Shown piece by piece: positions 7,427 to 17,130 of a DNA stretch of 33,347 bases (position 1 is the stretch's first letter; every line of letters starts with the position of its first letter). Source of the DNA: a virus. Its lineage: Duplodnaviria; Caudoviricetes. The DNA is taken from positions 1 through 33,347 of IMG/VR virus record IMGVR_UViG_3300047557_002468. One strand, 5' to 3'. The notes below the pieces were generated by a model, which did not search any database, had not been told where the DNA came from, and worked only from the letters and a program-made list of their open reading frames with translations. A program made the translations under genes and the position numbers.

Positions 7427-10400
7427 TTAAGCATATATTTTTGAGTAACCATTTTCTTTTTTTATTTCAATTTGACTATCAACAATGTCCTTTACAACAT
7501 CAATATGTGAAATCAATATAACGAAGTCAAATTGTGTTTTTAAGTATTCCAAGAATAAAGAGAAGTTCGTTAAAACATTTGGATCCATAACACCTAATCC
7601 CTCATCTATTGCAATAAAGTTTGGTCTAGGTAGCGAAGAAACTTGAACTAACGCATTTCTGATTGCAAGAGATGAAATAAATTTTTCCATACCACTTGAA
7701 AGTTCTAACGGCCAGAAACGATCATCGTCATAAACTATGTAAGTATTTATACTTTTTCCATCCGTATCAAATAGGACTTGGAAATCAACTATTTGTGCAA
7801 GAATGTTATTCGTTTCATTTTGTATTCTTGGCAATGCTTCAGCAATCAATTCATATGGAACACCATTTCTATTTACGGCTTTCAAATAATAGTCGTATGC
7901 ATAAAATTCTTTTTCCAATTCTTTTAGTTTTTCCAATGATCTCTCACAGTCAGTGATTACTTGTTCATTCAATTTTAAGTGACCACTTGTTTCTATTATT
8001 TGTTCTTCTATTGATTTTATCTCTCGAAGTATATTTTGTTTATTTTCAGTAATAGATGATATTTCATTTTTTACCCGTATATTGTTTTCAACTATTAGTT
8101 TATTATTTTCTATCCGTTCTAACTTTTCATTTAACTTCTTAATAACATCATCCGATTGATCCTTCTCTTGTTTTTTGTCCAAAAGATTTTTTTCCAAACT
8201 TAACATGGATTTTTCAGTATCAGAATGTTCTTTTTTATATTGTGTCAATTTATCAATTAAATCATAAACAGATTGATTCAATTCTATTTCATTTTTTAAG
8301 TATTTTATTTCTAGTTTTAACTCATCCCTATCCTGTTCATAACCCCATAATAATCTTTTTGCCTCTTCGGCATCTTTTACAAAAACATTATTTACACAGA
8401 AAGAACAATTAGGATCATATTCATGGTTTTTCAAATTTTCTATTTTTTTTAAACAATGATTCAATTTCAACTCTGCACTATTTAATTCCGATTCTTGCTC
8501 CGATAAGAATTTTATTTTTCTATCTAAGTATTCTTTTTTGTCAAATAGTTCTTCTTCGTTTAGTTCCAAAATATTTTTTTGAATTTCATTTGATTTGTTT
8601 TGAAGTCTTACTAAATCCAATTCAATATCCATCATTTCTTTGTTCAAAGAAAGCAATTTATTTTCCGTATTTTCTATTTTATGTTCAAGTTCATCAACAT
8701 TATCGGTATCATCAATATCTTTCAGTTCAACCAATTCTTTATTCAACTTAACAAGTTCATCATTTATTCCCTCAGCAGTTTTATTCAAATAATCCTTTTG
8801 ACTTGTGAGTTCATCCATTTTTTCAAAATACTCTTTGTATTTTATTTTTGAATTTGCAATCTTTGTAGAATAATCTTGTTTACCAAACTCTTTTATGAGT
8901 GCCTGAACTTCTTTTACTTCATCACCTGCAATAGAATTTAATTCTTCAAATAAATCCAAATCTAAAAACTGTGCAAGTAAATCTTTTCTCTCCCTTTGTG
9001 CCTTATCAACAAAATTCGTATTGTTTCCTTGAACGGACATTGCAGTTAAAATAAAATCATCATATGTTCCGATGTATTTTCTTATAGTAAAGTTCGTTCC
9101 ATCTCTATCTTCACCATTCAAGGAATGTTTATCTCCATCCTTTATGTAATAGAAATTTACAATTACTTTAGCATTTCCCTTTTTATCTCTAGTTGCAGTT
9201 CTTTCTATGTAGTAATCAATTTCACCAATCATAAAATGTAATTTACATTTGAATGAATTTTGTCTGTTATTCATTACCTGTGATGCCTTAAATGTTCTTG
9301 AACATTTATCGAATAAGCAAAACATCAAAGCATCTAATATAGAAGACTTACCACTTGCATTTGGTGCAAACAATCCGTATATTCCATTCATTCCATCAAA
9401 ATGTATTACATTCCCTTCACCATAAGAAAACATATTATCAAATTCAAACTTAATTGGTTGCCAAACAACATTTCTTACGATGTCAGTATCTTTCAATTTT
9501 CGATTTATCTTTTCATTTATTTCTTCAATCTTAATTAAGATTTCATCTGTTACATTAAATCCTTTTTTTACAAAATCCCTAATCAATTTGTTTTGATAAT
9601 CAATGTCTCTAATATCACCAATAATGTTTTTTGTTTGGGTATTTGCAGATGTAAGTTTATTACTTACTCTCTGAACTCTAATGTCAATAACATTTATTTT
9701 TGTTTTTATATCCGTTATGATATTAAACAAATCGGAGTTAGATGTGTTAGTTGATTTTATTCTTACTATGTTATTTTTTGAATAGTTTGAACTATCTTTT
9801 TTTATTTTACCGTCTTCAACTTCTATTGTATGGAATGACCAATCATTTTTTATCTCAATAAATTTTGACTTACCGTTTTTAATATCCCATTCGATTATAC
9901 CATGATTCAATCCCTCACCAAAATTCTGTTGAATCAGAGAACCTGCATAAGCAAATTTACAATCTACATCCAAATATTGAAACTTATGTATATCACCAAA
10001 CATACCATAATCAAAACCATCAAATTTTTCCATAGTCAAACTTTTATTCTTCATAAAAGTTCCCATGTCAGTAGATGCCATATCTATTGCACCGTGAAAC
10101 AATACTATTTTTGTGTTATCCCCTTCAATATCATCCGGTGATATAAAGTTTTCTGGTTTTTCATAAACAGAATTTAGAACAAAGTCTATATTTTTTAATG
10201 TGTAAACACCGGTTTCTTTCAAATAAAAAAGATTATTGAAATCACTATCTATCAAAGAAACTATCGGTGAAAGTGCATCCATTCTAGATCTATTATTTAA
10301 ATTACAGTCGTGATTTCCCGCAATTAAAATTGTTGGCGCAATACGTGAAAGTGTATCAAGAAATTCAGTAACCAAATCAATCAGTTCTGGAGTCATATCT

Positions 10401-10606
10401 GTTTTAGAATGAACAATGTCACCTGCCAGATAAATTATTGTATTTTTATTTTCTTCAACTTTGAGTTTACAGAAATCATACAATTTTTTAAATACACTAC
10501 GATATTCGTCATGCCGTTTGTAATTACGAATGTGGACATCTGCAATATGTATTATTTTTTCTACTTGATAAATGTAACCGTTTGTCTTTAAAATTTCTTT
10601 ATACAT
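7427..10606 (-). CDS. Fused Mre11/SbcD nuclease - Rad50/SbcC ATPase (T4 gp47-gp46-like recombination nuclease)
   Basis: Phosphoesterase motifs HIADVH, AGDIVH, AGNHD, FHG, GDIH. Walker A APNASGKSS, long coiled coil, zinc hook CSFC (8396-8407), signature LSSGME, Walker B IAIDEG, H-loop ISH. Confidence 0.93.
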   Translation of the reverse strand: MYKEILKTNGYIYQVEKIIHIADVHIRNYKRHDEYRSVFKKLYDFCKLKVEENKNTIIYLAGDIVHSKTDMTPELIDLVTEFLDTLSRIAPTILIAGNHDCNLNNRSRMDALSPIVSLIDSDFNNLFYLKETGVYTLKNIDFVLNSVYEKPENFISPDDIEGDNTKIVLFHGAIDMASTDMGTFMKNKSLTMEKFDGFDYGMFGDIHKFQYLDVDCKFAYAGSLIQQNFGEGLNHGIIEWDIKNGKSKFIEIKNDWSFHTIEVEDGKIKKDSSNYSKNNIVRIKSTNTSNSDLFNIITDIKTKINVIDIRVQRVSNKLTSANTQTKNIIGDIRDIDYQNKLIRDFVKKGFNVTDEILIKIEEINEKINRKLKDTDIVRNVVWQPIKFEFDNMFSYGEGNVIHFDGMNGIYGLFAPNASGKSSILDALMFCLFDKCSRTFKASQVMNNRQNSFKCKLHFMIGEIDYYIERTATRDKKGNAKVIVNFYYIKDGDKHSLNGEDRDGTNFTIRKYIGTYDDFILTAMSVQGNNTNFVDKAQRERKDLLAQFLDLDLFEELNSIAGDEVKEVQALIKEFGKQDYSTKIANSKIKYKEYFEKMDELTSQKDYLNKTAEGINDELVKLNKELVELKDIDDTDNVDELEHKIENTENKLLSLNKEMMDIELDLVRLQNKSNEIQKNILELNEEELFDKKEYLDRKIKFLSEQESELNSAELKLNHCLKKIENLKNHEYDPNCSFCVNNVFVKDAEEAKRLLWGYEQDRDELKLEIKYLKNEIELNQSVYDLIDKLTQYKKEHSDTEKSMLSLEKNLLDKKQEKDQSDDVIKKLNEKLERIENNKLIVENNIRVKNEISSITENKQNILREIKSIEEQIIETSGHLKLNEQVITDCERSLEKLKELEKEFYAYDYYLKAVNRNGVPYELIAEALPRIQNETNNILAQIVDFQVLFDTDGKSINTYIVYDDDRFWPLELSSGMEKFISSLAIRNALVQVSSLPRPNFIAIDEGLGVMDPNVLTNFSLFLEYLKTQFDFVILISHIDVVKDIVDSQIEIKKENGYSKIYA

Positions 10607-11552
10607 ACATTATCCTCTGTTTAATAATATCGTAACTGTCTGTGGGTTTTGTTTCGTTTTTAACACCAACGAAATCTTTGAAACCCATTTCATTTATATC
10701 TTTTTGTTCCATTTTAACCATTGACACTTCAATGCCTTCACATAATAATTTTGATGAAATTTTTATTGAATCATTTAATGCATCATTATCAAGTGCAACA
10801 ATTACTTTTGGTGGTTTACGCAACAATATCTTTTCCATAAGTCTCGGTTGAATTATTTTGCCAAATAGTGGAATGGCATTGTACCTAGCAGTAATTGCAT
10901 CGAACACACCTTCAACAAGTGTAATGGGTTCTTCCCAATTTATGAAACTTTCAAATCCAATAACATCTTTGCTCCATTTTGGATTTTTATATTTCAATTT
11001 GTCTTCTTCAAATATGGAACGAGAAACGAAAAAATTTATATTAAAATTTTCATCGTAAGATGGGACTATAATTCTACCAGAATAATTACCATTAGGACAA
11101 TAACCGATACCGTATCTCAAAATATCGGTTCTACCAATTCCTCTGGATTTCAAATAATTCAATGCCTGTTTCATTTGCATCTTTATCTGAATATCTTTTA
11201 TCTTTGGAAACTGATATAAACTGATAAATTCTTTTGGTAAAACTAATTCTTCTTTTGTTTCGGTATTATTCTGAATGTATAGGTTTTTTGTTTTGAGGAT
11301 TTTATTAAGGTCTTCTTGGTATTGTCTACCAACTTTTAATTTTTTGAAAAGTGAAACTATGCTTCTACCCTTAGCATTACTAACCCAACAATGCCATGGG
11401 TTTTGTGCATTGTTGCTTACAGATAAGTCTATTTCAAGTTTTGGTTTGTAGTGGGCTATGAACGGTGAGAAGAACGAATAATTGTTGCCAGATGTCCGTC
11501 TACCTTTACCGAGAACTTTTTCTACAAGCGATAACAAATCGTAGTTAATCAT
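10599..11552 (-). CDS. DnaG-like (TOPRIM) DNA primase
   Basis: YLKSRGI, GRIIVP, KYKNP, LVEGVFDA and ALDNDA motifs; degenerate N-terminal zinc-binding region; overlaps the next gene by 8 nt. Confidence 0.9.
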   Translation of the reverse strand: MINYDLLSLVEKVLGKGRRTSGNNYSFFSPFIAHYKPKLEIDLSVSNNAQNPWHCWVSNAKGRSIVSLFKKLKVGRQYQEDLNKILKTKNLYIQNNTETKEELVLPKEFISLYQFPKIKDIQIKMQMKQALNYLKSRGIGRTDILRYGIGYCPNGNYSGRIIVPSYDENFNINFFVSRSIFEEDKLKYKNPKWSKDVIGFESFINWEEPITLVEGVFDAITARYNAIPLFGKIIQPRLMEKILLRKPPKVIVALDNDALNDSIKISSKLLCEGIEVSMVKMEQKDINEMGFKDFVGVKNETKPTDSYDIIKQRIMYV

Positions 11553-11574
11553 AGATACACTTTATGTAAAACAA

Positions 11575-11611
11575 TAATTGTCACAAATATAGTAAAAATT
11601 TGTGACAATTA
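11575..11611 (-). terminator. Perfect 14-bp inverted repeat; possible intrinsic terminator or operator
   Basis: taattgtcacaaat (11575-11588)/atttgtgacaatta (11598-11611) with a 9-nt loop, just downstream of the stop at 11623 and followed on the minus strand by UUGUUUU. Confidence 0.55.
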
Positions 11612-11614
11612 CAA
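11584..11614 (-). promoter_or_regulatory. Bacteroidota-type housekeeping promoter upstream of primase
   Basis: The minus strand reads TTG-N20-TATATTTG, matching the -33 TTG / -7 TAnnTTTG consensus and spacing of Bacteroides/Flavobacterium promoters. Confidence 0.6.
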
Positions 11615-11622
11615 GCATTTTA

Positions 11623-12117
11623 TTATTTAAATATATCCTTTCCTACCATCCAACCACTTTTAATCTGTTTAACTTGAAATCCCATTTTTGATGCAATTTT
11701 AGGAGCTATCATTGAATGGAGTTGCCCTGATACCGGACGTTTAGATGATTGAAAATATACATATTCCACTCTATCTGCTTTAAGTTTAGCAGCAAGAATA
11801 TCTACAAACATATTTGAAACTTTTGATATTGTAGATGAATCCAATTTTCCACGTCCCTTTGTTTTTGTATCATAACATAGACATATGTAACCATAATCAT
11901 CAAATTTGGATTCAGATGTTTTATCTTTCCATAAAGTATCAAGTAGTTGTTTGTCTGCAGGTGTAATATAGTCTAATGGGAGATTCCCAATCTTTATTCT
12001 AAAATTTTTGCCATCTGGACCAAGAAATATGCCGTTGAAGCCGTCTACCATTGGATCGGTTTCCCATTTTATTTCTCCTTCTACGGCTTCTGTTAATATG
12101 TCTTTAAGTTTCAACAT
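11623..12117 (-). CDS. Hypothetical protein with MLKLKDILTE N-terminus (possible head-internal protein)
   Basis: 164-aa ORF on the coding strand with its own upstream TATTTATT motif; no catalytic motif recognised. Confidence 0.7.
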   Translation of the reverse strand: MLKLKDILTEAVEGEIKWETDPMVDGFNGIFLGPDGKNFRIKIGNLPLDYITPADKQLLDTLWKDKTSESKFDDYGYICLCYDTKTKGRGKLDSSTISKVSNMFVDILAAKLKADRVEYVYFQSSKRPVSGQLHSMIAPKIASKMGFQVKQIKSGWMVGKDIFK

Positions 12118-12160
12118 ATGTTTTCTCTCACTTCAATTTAGAAAAATTATTTCAGTTTAC

Positions 12161-12168
12161 AATAAATA
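12161..12168 (-). promoter_or_regulatory. Variant late-promoter-like motif TATTTATT
   Basis: One mismatch to TATTTATA; intergenic, about 45 nt upstream of the ATG at 12117. Confidence 0.45.
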
Positions 12169-12183
12169 TACATTTATTTTTTT

Positions 12184-12597
12184 TTACAAATCTAAACATT
12201 CATCCAACCATTCTTGAGGTATTTCTTTTTTTGCCCATAGCCAACCCTTCTTATCACAGTATTGAGCATAAGTTGTTTTACTTCCCTTGTATAGCTTTGC
12301 GTTTGGATTTTGAAATACAAAACGAATATCTATATCTGGATATTGTTCAAATACTAAATCAAATTTTAGTCTGTCTGTCTTTACCCATCTACCCTTTGTT
12401 TCAACATACATTTTTTTACCACCTCTTTTTATCATCACAAAATCTGGAGTGTATTTGTGTTTTGTTTCTGGTTGTATGTATGGTAATTTTTCTGTTTCAT
12501 AACCAAAAATTTTATTGGATTCTTTTAATAAGTCATTTATATTTTCTTCCAATCCACTACGGAATCCGTGTTTTATTGCAACTTGATTTCTACGCAT
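12184..12597 (-). CDS. T7 endonuclease I-like Holliday junction resolvase
   Basis: GFRSGLEE, YTPDF, YVETKGRW, DIRFVF and TTYAQYCDKKG are characteristic of T7 gp3-family PD-(D/E)xK enzymes. Confidence 0.92.
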   Translation of the reverse strand: MRRNQVAIKHGFRSGLEENINDLLKESNKIFGYETEKLPYIQPETKHKYTPDFVMIKRGGKKMYVETKGRWVKTDRLKFDLVFEQYPDIDIRFVFQNPNAKLYKGSKTTYAQYCDKKGWLWAKKEIPQEWLDECLDL

Positions 12598-14502
12598 TTA
12601 CATATCAAACCTTATTATTATGTTTACATCTATATCTTTTCTTTTTTTAAGTGGTGTTGCTAATTTAGCAACTGCAACTAAATCGTGATTATCATTGTAC
12701 AGACCTATTGTGGTTATGTATGGTGTAAATTCTGAATTTGTTACATATGGTTTTGTATTTATTCTATTTGTATATTTTGTCAAGGATGACGGATTTTGTG
12801 TAAAGTTAAATTTATGTTTTTCAATACTACAAACAATTTCATGTTCATATATTGTATTTATACTTTTAAATCCCCCTTCAAAACCAAACTCAAAATTTTG
12901 ATAGTCAAATATTCCATTTCTTCCTAAAAATGCGTTTTTATATTTAGGTCTTGGATCAGAAACTATTACTACTCCGGTTTCATAATAAACGTTTCCAATT
13001 TCTTTTCTTTGATAAGCATATCCGTATTTTAAACTATTATCGCCCAAATTTTGTATTTCATTTTCATTTAATGCCTTGTTAAAAATTCTTATTTCATCAA
13101 GTGATCCAGAAAAATTATTTTGAGTTGTTCCGTTTCCTGCTATGTAAAATTTATTTTTATTTTGAACATTACTTATTATATTAACGTTAGTTGAATCGTT
13201 CAAATTTCCATCTACCCAAACTTCATAAACACTTCCAGTTTTTTGACAAACAATATGATGCCATTCGTTAGTTGATAATTCATTTGAAGAAACTGTTGAT
13301 GTTAATACGCTATCACTTTGTTTGAATTGTATTTTGTAAGGTTCTGCATTTGTTCTGTTAGTTAATACAATATCAAATGGATATTGTTTACTTTCCATGT
13401 TGCTATCTACTGAATATACTCCTGTTGTACTTGAATAAACATCTATTGGTTTTATCGTTTTTTTATCAAAAATTGGATTATATTCAAATGTTTCTATTGA
13501 TTGTGTTGGTGGTATGTTAATCCAAAAACTAAATGCAAAATCTAAATTATTCGTAAAATTAAACATTTCATTATCGGTTACTTCTAGGTATGAACCGCTA
13601 AAATTTGCACATACTCCTGATTTTTCTTGTGTATCAGTTGTTGGTATGCCATCGGTATATGATATTTTTCTTTTATTTATTACCTTTACTTCATTCAAAT
13701 TATTAGACCAATCTAAAACATAATCAAGTTTTGTATTTACAAAATTTGTTTCTCTATATTTTTCATTGAAACCAACATACAACATATTATATCTGTGGTC
13801 TATTATTTTTGTGTCATCTATTGTTGTATCTACTATATTTCCTATACCGTCATCAACAACAACATATTCATACACATCATCAACTGGATTTATATTTTTT
13901 AGTCTTAATGATTCTTTTTTTATTATCTCACCGGTCATTTTTCTTGGAAAAATTATTATAGATCCGGTAGGTGAAAGATAGTTGTTTGTATCAAAATTTG
14001 TTTCATCAGCAGGATTTTTGTCCGTTCTATAATCTCTGTAATAATTGTGATCCAAATAATACCATAAAATTTTAGGATCTAATGGTTGGTGTTGATATGT
14101 GTTTTGATACAAAGATGATGAAACATTTAATATATTTCCAAAATATTTGTCATTTTCAGGATAGAAATATCTAAAAACGTTTATTTTTTCTGCATCCAAA
14201 TTTGATATATTGGATCCTTCAGTAACAATAATTGAAGTTGTTCCCAACTGCTGAATCCATGCCTTTATAGCATTAAAAAATGAAAAATTTGCAGTAGACC
14301 AAACTATATCCACTATTTCAGTTTCTTCGTTTGCAAAGTTTTTAACATCATCAGATGTAAATATCCAAGTTTTGTTAGAATTAAAACCTCTAACTGGAGT
14401 TGATGATCTATTTTGTTGATTACCACCGGTTGATACGGATCTAACGGTGTAATCACCTATCCTTATTGGATCATATATTATATTTATTCCTTTTGTATTC
14501 AT
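12598..14502 (-). CDS. Baseplate/tail-associated structural protein with LamG (concanavalin A-like) domain; paralogue 5
   Basis: LamG motifs FAFSFWI, NEWHHIV, VWVDGNL and FSGSLDEIRIFNKAL; C-terminal PYITTIGLYNDNHDLVAVAKL shared with four upstream genes. Confidence 0.75.
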   Translation of the reverse strand: MNTKGINIIYDPIRIGDYTVRSVSTGGNQQNRSSTPVRGFNSNKTWIFTSDDVKNFANEETEIVDIVWSTANFSFFNAIKAWIQQLGTTSIIVTEGSNISNLDAEKINVFRYFYPENDKYFGNILNVSSSLYQNTYQHQPLDPKILWYYLDHNYYRDYRTDKNPADETNFDTNNYLSPTGSIIIFPRKMTGEIIKKESLRLKNINPVDDVYEYVVVDDGIGNIVDTTIDDTKIIDHRYNMLYVGFNEKYRETNFVNTKLDYVLDWSNNLNEVKVINKRKISYTDGIPTTDTQEKSGVCANFSGSYLEVTDNEMFNFTNNLDFAFSFWINIPPTQSIETFEYNPIFDKKTIKPIDVYSSTTGVYSVDSNMESKQYPFDIVLTNRTNAEPYKIQFKQSDSVLTSTVSSNELSTNEWHHIVCQKTGSVYEVWVDGNLNDSTNVNIISNVQNKNKFYIAGNGTTQNNFSGSLDEIRIFNKALNENEIQNLGDNSLKYGYAYQRKEIGNVYYETGVVIVSDPRPKYKNAFLGRNGIFDYQNFEFGFEGGFKSINTIYEHEIVCSIEKHKFNFTQNPSSLTKYTNRINTKPYVTNSEFTPYITTIGLYNDNHDLVAVAKLATPLKKRKDIDVNIIIRFDM

Positions 14503-17129
14503 TAGTTGGATTTTATTCTAACGTTAAAAATATATTCTTCACTACTATCTTTTAATAACGGTTTTTTCAACTTACCAACAGCTATTAAATTTCTGTTATC
14601 ATCATACAAACCAATGGTTGATATGTACACCTTTGAAGAATTGTTTAATCTATCATAGAAAATTTTTCTAGTAGAGCCGCTTATGTATGTATAATTATTC
14701 GTGTAATTAAATTCATTTTTATTAACTCTACAAAAATAATTTTCATCTGAATATTCTTCTGCAGACCTTACATACCAATATTCGTGATTTGTTCTTGATA
14801 AATTTGGTGCACAAGAAGAACTTAAAGATACGAATAATTTTTGTATATTATCACCATTAAATGATCCTGTTACTGTATTAAAATTACAATACTTGTCTAA
14901 AATTTGAGCATCTAATAATATAAGACCCCTTCTTGGAAATACCATACCCCAAGATTCTGATTCATCGTCTTCGTATTTTAATCCATCTTGTTGTGTTCCT
15001 TCTACTAAATTGTAGTATTCTTCTGTACCAAACATTGATGCAGAATATGCAGTCAATGTCTTACTATCATCTATCAATTTGTATATTATATTTGAATTTT
15101 GATTGGAAGAAAAATTACTACCCGTATTAAAAGTTTGATTTAAACTTGAAGATATTGGCGAAAAAGTAATTTGCATATTTTGACTATCCAATCTATCTCG
15201 GAACAAATCTCTATTAAATTCTATTATGTAAAAATGATCAGTTTTTGGATTATTTTTAAAAACCATATACTCTTGATTTCCAAAACATTCTGCCAAATAT
15301 TTTTTGTATAAAGTTTTTGAAGGCAAATGTTCTGTGTCATTATTTAGATAGGATGATCCAGATCCAGAAATATGTGCATAAGCAATATCAAATATATGTT
15401 TTGATAATGGATTGTTAGAATTATCAGTATAAACTGGAATATAATAATTTAAATGACTACTTGGTGCAGAAGATGTATAAAAACTACTATTTCTATCTAA
15501 ACCATTTGAAAAAATTGGTTTAGTTACAAAAACCGTTTTTGATTTTGCATAATCTGTTGCAACATTTATTGATTTTAATGTTAAATTTGTTGCAGGAACT
15601 ATTTCAACAACATCATTTAAAAATTGATCAACGTTTTGTAATAAAGTTTCAGGCGGATTTTGAATACTAGAAGTAGTTACTGTAATAAAAGATGTGTTTG
15701 GATCAACAGTTAATGTAAAAGTTCTTGCCATGTTATCAGGAAAAAATGACAATCCATCTTCTGTTGCTATAAAAAATGGTTTAGTTTTAAATAAAGTTCC
15801 AAATTTATCCTTTGATATTTCTATATTTTGTCTTGGTGGAAATCTATTGTTTATCTGAAAATTAACATATTCCTTTATTAAGGAAAATACTTTATTGTTT
15901 ATTATCATCTTATTTGTTGGAATCAATTCATCGTATTTTGTTATCAAAGGATTTATTATATTTATATTTTCTTGTATTGATGATGTCTCTGCAATCAATT
16001 CTACATCAACAGGAATATTGTCCACCTTATTTATTGTGAATAAAGAGTTATCTTCTATAATATCCATGAATATATTTGTTGCAACCACATCGTATACTAA
16101 ATCTAAATCGGTAACTGATGGATCCATTCTATACAACTCTTTTTTGTATAAAATGTCTAAAATTTGTTCCTCTGTTGCAACTACTTGATTTGAAGGATTT
16201 TCTAAACTTATATTTTTAGGTTTTAATGATATTAAATTTCCATAATTTTCTTTTTTTTCATATTTTTTATCAATAAAAATTTCTGGATTATATGTCTTTG
16301 TTGCATCAAAATAATTTGTTTTTTCTACAGATCCAGACAAAAAATATTCGTGTAAATCATTTAATGTTCTATCCGATACAAGAAATACAAAATTTGCATA
16401 TTCTGCACTTCCAGTTTTAAAATAATCAGAATACACTAAATTGTTTGAGTCATTATTATCAACAGAAAATCCATCCCATTCTGAAGATATTTTTATTTTA
16501 CTGTTATCCATATTATCAGGATATTCAGAATCGAATAAAAATAAAGTTTGTAGTTTTTTAAGAAAATCGTAAGAAATTTTTGTATTACTTTCTACCATTC
16601 TTAAATGTTCATCACTTAAATGGTGTATTTTGTAATATTTTTTTGAAAACCCCTCATCATATGGAATTTTTTTACTCAAATCATCCAAAACTGCATAAGT
16701 TTGTTCCATTGTAGGCCAATGTATATTTGAATTTGAAGTGAAATATATTGACTTCAAACAATCTTCTGCACCAGGCGGAATTGATCCAGAATCGTATATG
16801 TAATTACTTCCTGATATTTTTTCGTTTACACACGTTTCTGTATTAGTTTTGTTAATAACTTTTATAGTTTTTCCGATATTTTTTATTATCAAATTTGTTG
16901 TGGGCGATGAAGGTTTATCGGAACTAAATTCAACAAATTGTGGATTATCAGTATTTGCGTTTTCAATTTTACTTTCAAGTAATCCAGTAACAGGATTTAT
17001 TACATATATGTTATTATTTGGAACATTCAAAGAAACATTTTTACGTAGATTATCACCATCATTATCGGCTCTTTCTTCCAAAAATGATCCTATAAATCCA
17101 ACTTCTATAACATGAAATTCTGTTCCCAT
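14502..17129 (-). CDS. Baseplate/tail-associated structural protein; paralogue 4, with a unique N-terminal extension of about 520 aa
   Basis: C-terminal core (FDIAYAHISGSGS, NRDLFRDRLD, YFCRVNKNEFNY, YISTIGLYDDNRNLIAVGKL); stop overlaps the next start (TAATG). Confidence 0.7.
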   Translation of the reverse strand: MGTEFHVIEVGFIGSFLEERADNDGDNLRKNVSLNVPNNNIYVINPVTGLLESKIENANTDNPQFVEFSSDKPSSPTTNLIIKNIGKTIKVINKTNTETCVNEKISGSNYIYDSGSIPPGAEDCLKSIYFTSNSNIHWPTMEQTYAVLDDLSKKIPYDEGFSKKYYKIHHLSDEHLRMVESNTKISYDFLKKLQTLFLFDSEYPDNMDNSKIKISSEWDGFSVDNNDSNNLVYSDYFKTGSAEYANFVFLVSDRTLNDLHEYFLSGSVEKTNYFDATKTYNPEIFIDKKYEKKENYGNLISLKPKNISLENPSNQVVATEEQILDILYKKELYRMDPSVTDLDLVYDVVATNIFMDIIEDNSLFTINKVDNIPVDVELIAETSSIQENINIINPLITKYDELIPTNKMIINNKVFSLIKEYVNFQINNRFPPRQNIEISKDKFGTLFKTKPFFIATEDGLSFFPDNMARTFTLTVDPNTSFITVTTSSIQNPPETLLQNVDQFLNDVVEIVPATNLTLKSINVATDYAKSKTVFVTKPIFSNGLDRNSSFYTSSAPSSHLNYYIPVYTDNSNNPLSKHIFDIAYAHISGSGSSYLNNDTEHLPSKTLYKKYLAECFGNQEYMVFKNNPKTDHFYIIEFNRDLFRDRLDSQNMQITFSPISSSLNQTFNTGSNFSSNQNSNIIYKLIDDSKTLTAYSASMFGTEEYYNLVEGTQQDGLKYEDDESESWGMVFPRRGLILLDAQILDKYCNFNTVTGSFNGDNIQKLFVSLSSSCAPNLSRTNHEYWYVRSAEEYSDENYFCRVNKNEFNYTNNYTYISGSTRKIFYDRLNNSSKVYISTIGLYDDNRNLIAVGKLKKPLLKDSSEEYIFNVRIKSN

Positions 17130-17130
17130 A

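Noticed and set aside
11581-11605. CRP-like site (TGTGA/TCACA half-sites)
   Set aside because: The half-sites are in the opposite order and 15 nt apart rather than TGTGA-N6-TCACA.
12184-12597. Homing endonuclease or mobile element
   Set aside because: Motifs are those of T7 Endo I resolvases, with no HNH/GIY-YIG/LAGLIDADG motif and no interrupted host gene.
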